In this document: positions 41,115-55,115 of the stretch, one piece after another | Layout of the letters: the number at the start of each line of letters is the position of its first letter | Numbering within the stretch: the stretch's first letter is position 1 | NCBI GenBank assembly: GCA_951406725.2 | Contig: OX597827.1 | Span: forward strand, 49,538,001 to 49,602,000 | Origin: Octopus vulgaris | Lineage: Eukaryota | DNA: 64,000 nucleotides | Reading direction: 5' to 3' | Notes under the pieces: model-generated | The model's input: the letters and a program-made list of their open reading frames with translations, nothing else | What the model was told of the DNA's origin: nothing | Database searches by the model: none | Translations under genes and position numbers: made by a program

Positions 41115-41446
41115 TCTGTTGTGTCTAGGGAGAGTCATTTTCTTTTTGTGCCTTATAATTTAACACACTCACCGGTAAAATTTCCACTTATTTCTTATTT
41201 TTATTTTCCTAAAATTTTCGTTATGTCTTCCAACCTTTTCAATAGTCTTGACTCTCAAGTCAAGACTATTGAAAAGGTTGCAAGACTATTGGAAAGGTTG
41301 CAAGTCAAGTCAAGACTATTGAAAAGATTGCAAAACTCAACGAAAATATTAGGAAAATAAAAATAAGAAATAAGTGGAAATTTTACCGATGAATGTGTTA
41401 AATTATAAGGCACAAAAAGAAAATGACTCTCCCCAGACACAACAGA
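41115..41446. repeat. Foldback with arms of about 140 bp and internally duplicated apex; probable Penelope-like remnant (from about 40875)
   Basis: 41115-41253 is mirrored by about 41308-41446. The apex has gtcttccaaccttttcaatagtcttgact-ctca-agtcaagactattgaaaaggttgcaagac. Confidence 0.85.
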
Positions 41447-41454
41447 CTAAGTAT

Positions 41455-41527
<73 letters not shown>

Positions 41528-42157
41528 CATTGGCGCATATACATAGAGAGGAAGGGTGAAAGCAAAGGAACAGAGAGAGAAAAGGGGACAGGGTAACAGA
41601 GAGAGTAACAGGCAGCCAGGCAGACAGACAGTTAGCCAGATCTCCATAGCATGCCAATGTTTGTAAACAGATGGTAACTAAAGGTGTGTGCCTGTCAGTC
41701 AAATACCTTTCCAATAGAATTACACTCTTGGTTGTGTGTGTGTGTGTGTGTGTGCATGCGTGCATATGTGTGTGTGCTTGTGTTTGTGAGTGTGTCTGCA
41801 TGTCTGTGTGCATGTGTATGTGTGTACATGTGTGTGTGTGTCCGTACACATGTATGCTTGTGTATATACAACTGGGTAAACATATATGTCTGTTGAACTT
41901 GTGTCTACATGTATACTTAGGCTTATATATTGGGTAGTATATGATTATATACACTTTTCTGTGTGGGAATACGTGTTTGTATGTGTAAGTGTTAGTGTGT
42001 GTTCCAGTACGTGTTGCTAACGGGGTTTGTGTGACACATCTATGCACTATACTACCCAGTCATTTCATTACAAAGAAAGTCACTATTTCAAAAATAAACA
42101 TCACAAAGAAAGGTATTATTGTGTGTGCAATTCATGTTTTTAATAACTGCCAGTGTG

Positions 42158-42230
<73 letters not shown>

Positions 42231-42307
42231 GGTACAACAAAGCACCAAAGTTCACTGGAAATAGCAGTCAATACATTTACGATGCTATAATAAAGCTTCA
42301 ATGTGTA

Positions 42308-42342
<35 letters not shown>

Positions 42343-43095
42343 AAATCCTCAAAAAGCCTTGTGAAAAACAGCTACCCTGAGTTTCCTGGACAAAATATTT
42401 ATTCATTTCACTATTTATCAAACTGATAAGATGGTTTAGTGACTGCGTTCAATGCAATCAACATTTGAACTACTCATATATATATATTCATCTCCAATGA
42501 AGAGATATTATTAATTAATATCCTAGAAACAGCTGTAAGACCTTATATCTATAAATGCTCTGATATCTATACAGCCTTGGTTTTTTTTATCTTATTACGC
42601 AAAAAATTCTTATATATATATATGTATATATATACAGGAAAAGAGAGACAGACAGACAGAGAGATATATCTATACATCGATATACACACATGTATATAAA
42701 TACAAATATATATTTATGTATATGTTTATGCATATGCATGTATATACATACATACACTTACATATAAACACATACCTATATGTAAATATATATTTTTTTA
42801 TTGAAGAGGTCACGCAATGGCCATTTCACCCAAAAGATCTTTCTGAATATAACCAAATTTGAAATGGCTGTTATATGAACTCCTGGAGAGAAACATATAA
42901 AACTACATTTGTTATGTATTGAGTGCTAAATTTGAAACACGTCTACTTAGTCTGAAAACCTAAAAAAATGAAAACACAATCTGTGCATATACACACATGC
43001 ACACACACACACAAACATATATATGTACACATACATATATGTATATATATATATATGTGTGCATATATATATATATGTATATATGTGCATGTATG

Positions 43096-43126
<31 letters not shown>

Positions 43127-43344
43127 CATCATCATCACACACATATATATATGTATGTATGTGTGTGTGTTTGTGTAGGGGTGGGTGGGTATGCACACAC
43201 AAATTTTTTTAATCGACTTCAATTGAACCAATTACAGTGAAGTAAATACATAAAATGTGCATGTGTGCATTCTCTTCCCTTTACTTACACATCCTGCTTT
43301 GCACCTCTCTTCTTTCACACCACTTCTCTCTCTCTCTCTCTCTA

Positions 43345-44275
<931 letters not shown>

Positions 44276-44653
44276 CTATCCATGCTGTAACTCTCCCCTC
44301 TCTTTCTCTCATTCATTCTCTCTCTCTCCCTCTTTCCCTCTCTTCCTCTCTCTCTCTCCCTTCCGCTTTCCCTCTCTCGCCATTTACACTCCCTCATATC
44401 TCATTCCCTCTCTTTTGTTTCACTTTTACACGCTCGCTCTTATATCACAACTTTTACATCATCCTCCACCCCTTATTCCCTCCCCCACCATAGGCTCCCT
44501 TTGCTCTTTCTGTTCCATAACCTCACATCCACCCACCTCAACCATACTTGCCCTCCCCAGTACTGATGTGTTCCACTCTTCAAACACAGTTTGAGGAGCC
44601 GTACATATATTCATATATACATGCACACACATATACATTCATATATTTACATA

Positions 44654-45288
44654 CTAGCAGTATCGCCCGGCGTTGCTCGGGTTTGTAAGGGAAATAACTA
44701 TATAAGCATTTTTAGAGAGTTATAGCCAAAAAATAGCAAAAAATGCATTAAAAATGGAAAAAATATGATGGTAAATTTTTTGAAAAATCGTTGACTCATC
44801 GTAGACATTTTTAGAGAGTTACTTCCCTTATATAATAGCGAAAAAATGCATTAAAATGGAAAAAAACGATGGTAAATTTTTTTTTAAATCGTAGACTCAT
44901 GTAGACGCTTTCTTAGCCATTTCTGTTTTGGTGTCTTCAAGCCATGAAGTCGTTGTTCTAAAAGAACGCTGGTCTCCTTGACAACGCATTACAACGTTGA
45001 TTTCCTTACACTCCCTTCCCCACAGGTGCAGGTGTGAGCGTGGACGCCAACTCCGCCGCCATCGACACACGAAAAATTATGCATTAAAATGGAATAAAAA
45101 ATGATGTTAAATTATTTTTAAAATCGTAGACTCATCGTAGACGCGCGCTAATACTCAGACGGGCTCGATATGAATCACGACTATAAGCTACCCGAATTTG
45201 GTTAAACTGCACCGCAAAATGTGGGAGTAGTTAGAATCTAAATCGAAGGGGACAGACACTCACACAACTACAGTTTTATATATATAGA
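44654..45288 (-). mobile_element. Non-autonomous Helitron, same family as 19455-19820
   Basis: TC start at 45288 on the minus strand, hairpin, CTAG end at 44654. Confidence 0.85.
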
Positions 45289-45309
45289 TATACATAGCGC
45301 AGTAGTGGT

Positions 45310-45738
45310 GAGATGTGACAGCAAAGAAAAGCATACATTCACTCTCTGCATGCAATTAGACTCGGAAAGTTCGTGAGGACCCCATTGACCCAATTTGCTG
45401 ACTTTTCCGATAGCACACAGGTCTCAATGAATGGTTGAATGACCAAATCCAAGCTTCTCTGCTAGTTCCTCAACAGTTACGATGAGATTTTGTTCCACCA
45501 GGGTTTTCAGGATGTCCTTGTCGAGTTCTACAGATCTTTCAGGATGAGGCTCGTCTTCTAGGCTGTTCCAATATAGCTTTGAAAAAAATAGCTGTTAAAA
45601 TCGAAATGCACTCTTCAAAACTTGCACTATGAATAAGGACAAGATAAAATTACTACCTGCTTTTATAGCAAGTTAATATAAGTAGTTTATCCCATTCCCC
45701 TCTGACTTTTAGTTCAAGCTGTTGAAAAAACCGCATTA
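45310..45738 (-). mobile_element. mariner remnant, internally deleted
   Basis: 45310-45566 is the reverse complement of the transposase fragment at 46641-46897. 45567-45738 is probably mariner 5' non-coding sequence (inference). Confidence 0.7.
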
Positions 45739-46178
45739 TCTCTTATTATAAAAGGCAGATTTTATCTGCCTCCCTTTGGGAGTTATACAAATCTACAATA
45801 TAGGATTTCTTCAATTACAATTTACCTACCATTTTTAAGAGTACAATGCATCGCGTCATGCCAGGTCCAGTTTTTAAAATTTTAACTCCAATTAAGCAAA
45901 ATTTACAGAAAACTCACATTCTGGTGTGTGTGTCAAATGCTTTTCTTAGTCTGGTTTACACCACACGCAAACGCACACACACAGTGGGCAACGAATAAAA
46001 TGAAAGTAAATAGCGACAGTGATTTGAGGAAGACTAAAGTGAAAGTATTCTGTCTATGACGCTGATAGACACATGAGTAAAATGTATGGGAAGCTAAGAG
46101 CTAAGAGTGAGTGAAAATGTTCTTGGGAGAGAGTAATTAGTAATAAAGTAAACATACACTCATACATACATACATACA

Positions 46179-46210
<32 letters not shown>

Positions 46211-46449
46211 CACACACACACATACACACACACATACATACACACACATACATACATACACACATACATACATACATACATATACATACATACATACATA
46301 CATATACATACATACATACACACACACACATACACACACACAGTATTGAAGCTTGAGAACAATCAGATACATTTGCAACACATCTGTTGAAAATATTATT
46401 GTTCACACACATACATATACATATATACATACAGACAGACAGACAGATA

Positions 46450-46483
<34 letters not shown>

Positions 46484-46548
46484 ATCCAGCATGGCCACAA
46501 CCTCAAGGCTGAAACATATAAAAGAATAACAGAATATAAATGTGTGCA

Positions 46549-46900
46549 AAGTACAAGAAATATTAATGCAGTATATGGGGATTGGACAATAAGCGTAAGG
46601 CAGTGTCAATGGTGGTTCCAGAAATCCCGAGCCATAAACTACAGCCTAGAAGACGAGCCTCATCCTGAAAGATCTGTAGAACTCGACAAGGACATCCTGA
46701 AAACCCTGGTGGAACAAAATATCATCGTAACTGTTGAGGAACTAGCAGAGAAGCTTGGATTTGGTCATTCAACCATTCATTGACACCTGTGTGCTATCGG
46801 AAAAGTCAGCAAATTGGGTCAATGGGTTCCTCACGAACTTTCCGAGTCTAATTGCATGCAGAGACTGAATGTATGCTTTTCTTTGCTGTCATATCTCACC
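46549..46900 (+). mobile_element. mariner (Mos1/SETMAR-like) transposase N-terminal pseudogene fragment
   Basis: NINAVYG..ISVRQCQWWFQK..SLEDEPHPERS..TVEELAEKLGFGHSTIH*HL..IGKVSKLGQWVPHEL; the WVPHEL motif is at 46823-46840. Confidence 0.9.
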
Positions 46901-46918
46901 ACTACTGCGCTATGTATA

Positions 46919-47555
46919 TCTATATATATAAAACTGTAGTTGTGTGAGTGTCTGTCCCCTTCGATTTAGATTCCTAACTACTCCCACATTTTGCGGTACA
47001 GTTTAACCAAATTCGGGTAGCTTATAGTCGTGATTCATATCGAGCCTGTCTGAATATTAGCGCGCGTCTACGATGAGTCTACGATTTTAAAAATAATTTA
47101 ACATCATTTTTTATTCCATTTTAATGCATAATTTTTCGTGTGTCGATGGCGGCGGAGTTGGCGTCCACGCTCACACCTGCACCTGTGGGGAAGGGAGTGT
47201 AAGGAAATCAACGTCGTAATGCGTTGTCAAGGAGACCAGTGTTCTTTTAGAACAACGACTTTATGGCTTGAAGACACCAAAACAGAAATGGCTAAGAAAG
47301 CGTCTACATGAGTCTACGATTTAAAAAAAAATTTACCATCGTTTTTTTTCCATTTTAATGCATTTTTTCGCTATTATATAAGGGAAGTAACTCTCTAAAA
47401 ATGTCTACGATGAGTCAACGATTTTAAAAAAAATTTACCATCATATTTTTTCCATTTTTAATGCATTTTTTGCTATTTTTTGGCTATAACTCTCTAAAAA
47501 TGCTTATATAGTTATTTCCCTTACAAACCCGAGCAACGCCGGGCGATACTGCTAG
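46919..47555 (+). mobile_element. Non-autonomous Helitron, inverted twin of 44654-45288
   Basis: A|TCTATATATATAAA...CCCGAGCAACGCCGGGCGATACTGCTAG|T. Confidence 0.87.
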
Positions 47556-47906
47556 TTATATATATATACATACATACATACATACATACATATACACACA
47601 CACTCTCTCTCTCTCACACACATGCACACATTTATATTCTGTTATTCTTTTATATGTTTCAGCCTTGAGGTTGTGGCCATGCTGGATCATGTGTGTGTGT
47701 GTGTGTGTGTCTATCTGTCTGTCTGTCTGTATGTATATATGTATATGTATGTGTGTGAACAATAATATTTTCAACAGATGTGTTGCAAATGTATCTGATT
47801 GTTCTCAAGCTTCAATACTGTGTGTGTGTGTATGTGTGTGTGTGTGTGTGTATATATGTATGTATGTATGTGTGTGTGTATGTATGTATGTGTGTGTGTG
47901 TGTGTA

Positions 47907-47941
<35 letters not shown>

Positions 47942-48586
47942 ATGTATGTATGTATGAGTGTTCCTCAAATCACTATCTCTGGCTATTTACTCTCTTCCAA
48001 GAACATTTTCACTCACACTTATGTGTTAGCTTCCCATACATTTTACTCATGTATCTATCAGCGTGATAGAGAGAAACAAATATTACATCTAGTTTCACTT
48101 TATTCGTTGCCCACTGTGTGTGTGCGTTTGCGTGTGGTGTAAACCAGACTAAGAAAAGCATTTGACACACACACCAGAATGTGAGTTTTCTGTAAATTTT
48201 GCTTAATTGGAGTTTAAATTTTAAAAACTGGACCTGGCATGACGCGATGCATTGTACTCTTAAAACTGCTAGGTAAATTGTAATTGAAGAAATCCTATAT
48301 TGTAGATTTGTATAACTCCCAAAGGGAGGCAGATAAAATCTGCCTTTTATAATAAGAGATACACTCATTCTCCTGCATATACATACATGTATGTATATAT
48401 ACACAAACATTTGCATATATTCTCTCAATCTCACTCTAACTGAAACACACACACACACACAATATAATCATTAGAAAAATATTCTAAATATAAATCCATT
48501 GAACATTTTATAAATGAAATATTGTCCCCTGTAAATATATACAGAGAAACTCAGAGCTCTTGCAAGTAAGTGTATATATATTATAT

Positions 48587-49746
48587 AGGGGCAATAAACA
48601 GTGAAAATGTGCAGAGAACAACTTCTGCCATATCCCAGGGAGAAAAACTAGAAGTAGTTGATAGCTTCTGTTACCTAGGTGATCAAGTCAGTAACGGGGG
48701 AGGGTGCACTGAAAGTGTAGCTGCCAGAATAAGAATAGCCAGGGCAAAATTCAGAGAGCTCTCACCTCTGCTGGTGACAAAGGGCCTCTCGCTCAGAGTA
48801 AAAGGTAAACTGTATGATGCATGTGTACGAACAGCCATGCTACATGGCAGTGAAATATGGGCCGTGATTGCTGAGGACATGTGTAAGCTCGCAAGGAATG
48901 AAGCCAGTATGATCCAATGGATGTGTACTGTCAGTTTACATACTTGACAGAGTGTAAGTACCTTGAGAGAAAAGTTGAACCTAAGAAGAATCAGATGTAG
49001 TATGCAAGAAAGACGACTGCGCTGGTATGGTCATGTGGCAAGAATGGATGAAGATAGCTGTGTGAAAAAGTGCCACACCCTAGCGGTTGGGGGAACTTGT
49101 GGAAGAGGTAGACCCAGGAAGACTTGGGATGAAGTGGTGAAGCATAAGCTTCGAACATTAGGCCTCACTGAGGTAATGACTAGTAACCGAGACTTTTGGA
49201 AATATACTGCCAATTGAGACCATAACTTCATGACCTATGCCAGGAGTGTAACCAGCCTGCTTATGTGTACCTTTCCTTCATCGGACACTAAACTCTGCTT
49301 GCGAAGACCTGTTGAGGCAAGTAAAATCGAAATCAAATTCAATGACTGGCTTCCATGCTAGTGGAGTGCTAAGAGCGAGATCGTTGCCAGAGCGGCTAAC
49401 TGGCTTCCATGCCAGTGGCACGTAAAAAGCACCATTCGAGTGTGATCGTTCCCAGCGTCGCCTTACTGGTACTTGTACTGGTGGCATGTGAAAAAAACAT
49501 TCGAGCGAGGTCATTGCCAGTGCCACTGGACTGGCTCCTGTGCAGGTGACACGTAAAAAACACCATTTAAGCATGGCCGTTGCCAGTACAACCTGACTAA
49601 AAGCACCCACTATACTCTCGGAGTGGTTGGCGTTAGGAAGGGTATCCAGTTGTAGAAACTCTGCCAGATCAAGTTTGGAGCCTGGTGCAGCCATCTGGTT
49701 CACCAGTCCTCAGTCAAATCATCCAAGCCATGCTAGCATGGAAAGC
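48587..49746 (+). mobile_element. RTE-clade LINE 3' fragment followed by repeat family C
   Basis: EKLEVVDSFCYLGD..RIRIARAKFREL..LHGSEIW, RRLRWYGHVARM..GRGRPRKTW, then GCCAGTGGCACGTAAAA subrepeats. Confidence 0.88.
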
Positions 49747-52700
49747 ATGCACACACACACACATGCTCATACATGGCCACATAAATTAACATCTGCATGA
49801 AAAACCACCAAACATATATATAAGTACACAGAGCGCCAGCTCAAGGTACTGGCAACTTGAGCAGTCACCCAGGGCATCCTGTGGTAGGGGACATCAAGGA
49901 GGGCATGAGAAAGATAAAGAAATTTCCATGATTGTCAGCTTGTACATGCCGAAGTTCATCTTCCTTGCAATGCCAGCAACCGTAGGGCCAGCCCTGAATA
50001 CACTCATATGCACACACACATACACACACACGCACACACCTTTAAACATACGTCTGCACATAGTCTCACACACATACAGAACCATACCCATATGTAGATT
50101 TCTACCTACACTATTTCTGACACACACACGCACATATACACATATTTCTACATACATACACATATCCACACATAATGACACATGCATGTACAAACATACT
50201 CACATACACACATTCTCCTGCATATGTAAACAAATTTCTACATACATCCACACACATATACATAATTAACACATACACGTACAAATATACTTGCATACAC
50301 ATACATTCCCCCCTACACACATACACAGAATTCTATATACATTCACCCATACACATATACAAACATAAATTTCTATATATCTCCATATACATATATCTCA
50401 TACATATGTACAAAGATCCAAAATATCTCTAGTCCAAAAGACTTACCCCTTAAATATTTCTGTTGAAATATGTTACTTTTTTTATCTTGATTGATTTTGA
50501 AAATGATGAGGAATTTGCTAAAATAACTTCGTCATTATTAATTTGGTGTTTTAAAACAAAAATTAACAAAATTTTGATGGAAAGTTTTAATTTATATCAC
50601 TAACCCTTTAACATTCAAATGTAATACTTATTCATTCACATCATTTTGAATTAATTATGGATTATCTCATGTGTAGGCATATGGCTTGGTGGTTAGGGTA
50701 TTTAGTTTGTGATTGTAAGGTCATGAGCTCAATTCCTAGTCACACGCTGTGTCCTTGAGCAAGACATTTTATTTTACATGAATGTTGGGCCTCACAGAAG
50801 CAATGACCAAGACCTTTGGCATCATGTCGTACTTGAGAAGGAGACCCATCAAGCTGAGCAAAATCACAGTTGTGGCAGGTACCAGTATCACGTAAATTGG
50901 CACTCATACCTATTTCTTTACTTCCCACAAGGGGCTAAACACAGAGGGGACAAACAAGGACAGACAAACAGAATAAGTCGATTATATCGCCCCCAGTGCA
51001 TAACTGGTACTTATTTAATCGACCCCAAAAGGATGAAAGACAAAGTCAACCTCGGCGGAATTTGAACTCAGAACATAAAGACAGACGAAATACAACTAGG
51101 CATTTCGCCCAGCGTGCTAACATTTCTGCCAACTCGCCGCCTAATTGGCAATCATACCAGTGGCATATAAATGCATCCTAGTGTCACATAAATGGCACCC
51201 GTGTCAGAGGCACATAAAAGCACCTATTACACTCTCGGAGTGGTTGGTGTTAGGAAGGGCATCCAGCAGTAGAAAACCATGCCAAATCAGACTGGAGTTT
51301 TGTGTAGCCTTCCAGCATGTCAGCCCAGTCAAACCGTCCAACCCATGCCAGCATGGACAACAGACATTAAATGATGATGATGGTGGTTATGATGATGATG
51401 ATGATTACTTCAATCCACTCAACTTGGAAAAATGAACTGAACCTGTATTTCAAAAGGGCCAGCCTTGTCACACCCTGAGTCATGCTGAATCCTCTAGTGA
51501 ACTACATTAAGCGTACACATGTCTGTAGAGTGCTCAACCACTTACATGTTAATTTCACAAACAGACTGTTCTGTTAATCAGATCATATGGAACCCTCATT
51601 GTTGTAACCATGTGTGATTAAGGTTGGTGTAAAAGGCCAGTTTAAATGCTAAAGACTTTTTGCATCACAGATCCAAAGCAGTTTCAGATGAGTTGGTATC
51701 AAAAGGGTTAAACAAAAGTCAAAAAAATAACAGCAGCCATTACTTCAAATTTGTTAAATGACTAACAAAATTCTTTTATTTTCTGGATGGTTCCTCTCTG
51801 ACCACTCATTGGCACTCCTACAGTTCACCTTCTTTCATGCTTTAATTCAAAATTCCTCTATTCCCACATACACCATACACCTACTCAAATCTCACTTTAA
51901 CTTTTCAGCTGTTCCATTTTTCCTTTTTTTTTTCTTTTTTTTTTTTTTACCAAATTCTTTAAATTCTGCCACAGACAGAATTTCTGCTATTTCCTCTTAG
52001 CAAGAAAAAAAAAAAAAAAACCTATTGAGCTGAAGTTTTGTCCGTTCTGCTAGAAGACTGTTTATTTATTCCATCTCTTGTGTTAAGTTTATGCCATGGC
52101 TCTGGTCTTGAAGTGTCTTTTTGTGACTGACACTAATTGACTGTATTAGTTTATGTTTGTCTATTATTTATTACTTCTTTTTCATCTCTTTGATTGTCTA
52201 CTTAGTCATCGTCATCAGCATCATCATCAGCAGCAGTAGCAGTGACATCATCAGTCACCATCAACATTAGTTCAATGGCTGTAGTTTATTTCCATGCTAT
52301 CATCACATCCATCACTAACACTATTAACAGCACCAACCTACTTATTTAGTTCCTCTCCCCATCCCTCCACCATCATCATTTTAAAGTGCTCCTTTTCAAT
52401 GCTAGCATCGGCATGGTCATTATTATCAGCATCATCATTATCCTCAGCATCAACATCATCATATTATGGTCCTGTATCATCATTATCAACACCCACATTA
52501 TCATCCTCACTGCCGCTACCACCACCACCTTCATAAACACCATCACTATCACCATCACAGGAAATGACTGGCCGCAATCTTATTTATTTATTTGTAGGGA
52601 AGGAACAGGGAGGGGTTTATTTTATTTATTCATATATCTATTTATTTCTGGACTTTTTTTAATTCAAATCTTCAACAGGTATTAATATAATTACACACAC

Positions 52701-52939
52701 ACTCATGCATATCTTAATTCAGGGGTCGCCAAACTTTTTCAACCATTGACTTCCTTTAGCCACTTCTCCTTCCACATCGACCACCCTCCTCATTTAAAAT
52801 ATCTTAATACTCCACCCTACCCTACCATATCTTAAATGTGTACCAGGTACTGATGCTGGCAATTAAAATGTTAGCTAAAATATACATGTACGACAAATTA
52901 AGAAATTCTATTGAAGATGGCACACTTTTTACATTTGCT

Positions 52940-53310
52940 AAGAGCACCATCCGAGCATGATCGTTGCCAGAGCGGCTAACTGACTTCCGTGCCGGTGGCA
53001 TGTAAGAGGCACCATTTGAGCGTGATCGTTACCAGCATCGCCTTACTGGCACCTGTGCCATTGGCATGTGCAAAAAATATTCAAACAAGGTCGTTGCCAG
53101 TACCGCCTGACTGGCCCCCGTGCCAGTGGCACGTAAAAGCACCCACCACACTCTTGGAGTGGTTGGCGTTAGGAAGAGCATCCAGCAGTAGAAACTCTGC
53201 CAGATCAAGACTGGAGCCTGGTGCAGCCATCTGGTTTGCCAGCCCGCAGTCAAACCATCCAACCCATGCTAGCATGGAAAGCGGACGTTAAACGACGATG
53301 ATGATGATGA
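52940..53310 (+). mobile_element. Repeat family C
   Basis: Subrepeats plus the GGTTGGCGTTAGGAAG core and (GAT)n tail. Confidence 0.8.
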
Positions 53311-53486
53311 AAACTATGTGAAGGAGTATACAGTATTAAACTTTGAATTTTTATGAAATTGTTTTCATGGTTAGAAAACGTGAAAAGCGCATCATATTGC
53401 TGGAATATCTTTTATTGAAATTGACAACATCAATGTAAGGGATTGCAAGCAGTTCATCTGGGTGAGCTGGTCTTAAATAATAATAA

Positions 53487-53962
53487 TATTATAATAATGA
53501 GATTATTGTATACAGTGCTCAGGTGCACAACTTGTCAAAAAGTGCGTATAAAACATATGCAGTAATGTACAAATGTCTGGAAAGTGAACAGTGTATGAGT
53601 CAGATACATGCTTGCATATGTATGGAGAGGGGGAAAATCAGGTGTAGTGTTGGCGAATCTCAGGAAGCATGGAAGTTTTAAAGGATGCAGTGCTCCGACA
53701 ACTAACAACTGATGCCGGCAGTCTGTTCCATGCTTCAGCAACTCTTAGCGTGAAAAAATGTTTCCGAAAGTCATGGGAGCTGTGCTGTTTTCTGACGTTG
53801 TAAACATGTCCACGGGTGTTAGACAGGTGGTGGTTGAAAAGGTGCTCAGAGTTATTGTTTGTAAGATGGTTAATAATTTTATGGGTGTCTGCCAAGTCAG
53901 CTGCCAGACGTCGGAGTTTCAATGTGTCTATGCCCAGGGAAGTAAGGCGTTCAGAATATGGC
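53487..53962 (-). mobile_element. CR1-like LINE, 5'-truncated 3' end
   Basis: PYSERLTSLGIDTLKLRRLAADL..TRGH..RKHFFTLRVAEAWNRLP..FK, then 3' UTR and (ATT)n tail. Confidence 0.88.
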
Positions 53963-54574
53963 AAATGGTCTTTTGCACACCAAACCCCCCATTTGACCCC
54001 TTGGCTATTATTGACCTCCTGTAATTCCTAACCGACCCCTATCTTAATTCAACTGCATGTCAAGAAATGGAAACTAAGTCTTCTGAGATTCTCACCTGTA
54101 ATTCACCAGTATAAAATCCAGGGAAAGGCTGTTGTTATTACAGAGGGAGGTGCTGCTTTCTAGTGTGTTTACCAAAAGGTGGTCGGCAGACTGGTAAGAC
54201 TGAATGGAACTACTCTGAATATGCTTTCCTAGACAGAAGGAAAGAAACTAGAAGAGGGCACTTCCCCATACCTTAGAGATGGCAGAATAATCTGAGATTT
54301 TTGTGTAGGGTTTACCCCAGATTACTCTAAGTGGACTGCCCCACTATTGGGAATACTATTTATTTATATATTTCTTATTCATTTCTCTACTTTCTATTAT
54401 ATATCCTCTGTTATATCCTTTAATGCAGTAGTATCCCACTTTGATTGATGTTAACCCCACATGTTTTTGTTTTTGTAATTTTTCTTTTTGTGCTGTAACT
54501 CATCCTTTTATATTGCCCTCCATGTCTTGGATCCTTGTGGCCAATAAAAGAAATCATTATTCTTATTGTTATCA

Positions 54575-54718
54575 TATTATTATTATTATTATTATTATTA
54601 ATATTATTATCATTATCATTATTATTATTATCATTATTATTATTATCATTATTATTATTATTATTATTATCATTATTATTATTATCATTATTATTATTAT
54701 TATTATTTTTATCATTAT
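54575..54718. repeat. (ATT/ATC)n microsatellite
   Basis: Direct reading. Confidence 0.96.
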
Positions 54719-55022
54719 ATAAGGTTTCATTGAGTGCAGCACCCCAGGTATATTTACAGAGCCTTTGAGACTGGGGTGAGAAAAGGGAGGAAAAGCCATG
54801 ACTAATTCGTTGCTGTAGTTAAGAAGTAAAATGCCTCAAGACATCCAATAAATCAAATGCTTGCAACAGAGTAGGATTCTCTAAAGGAACCCAAAAGCTA
54901 AGTCGTGGTGGTGGTGGTAAACTAGATGATGGATCAAGTCTACCATCCAAGGACAGCTAATGTCCTTCCCACAGACATCCTAGTTTAATTCACAAGCTAC
55001 CTACCTACCCATTTACTTATTT

Positions 55023-55107
<85 letters not shown>

Positions 55108-55115
55108 ATGTATAT

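Larger units (their letters stand above)
44653..48361. repeat. Interlocked inverted repeats A-B-A'-B'
   Basis: A 44653-45566 / A' 46641-47556 (about 915 bp). B 45737-46548 / B' 47623-48361 (about 740-810 bp). Confidence 0.92.

Noticed and set aside
52022-52210. Purine-rich minus-strand stretch that might be a FAM184 5' exon
   Set aside because: The ATGs are followed by immediate stops, there is no FAM184 motif and the donor is weak.
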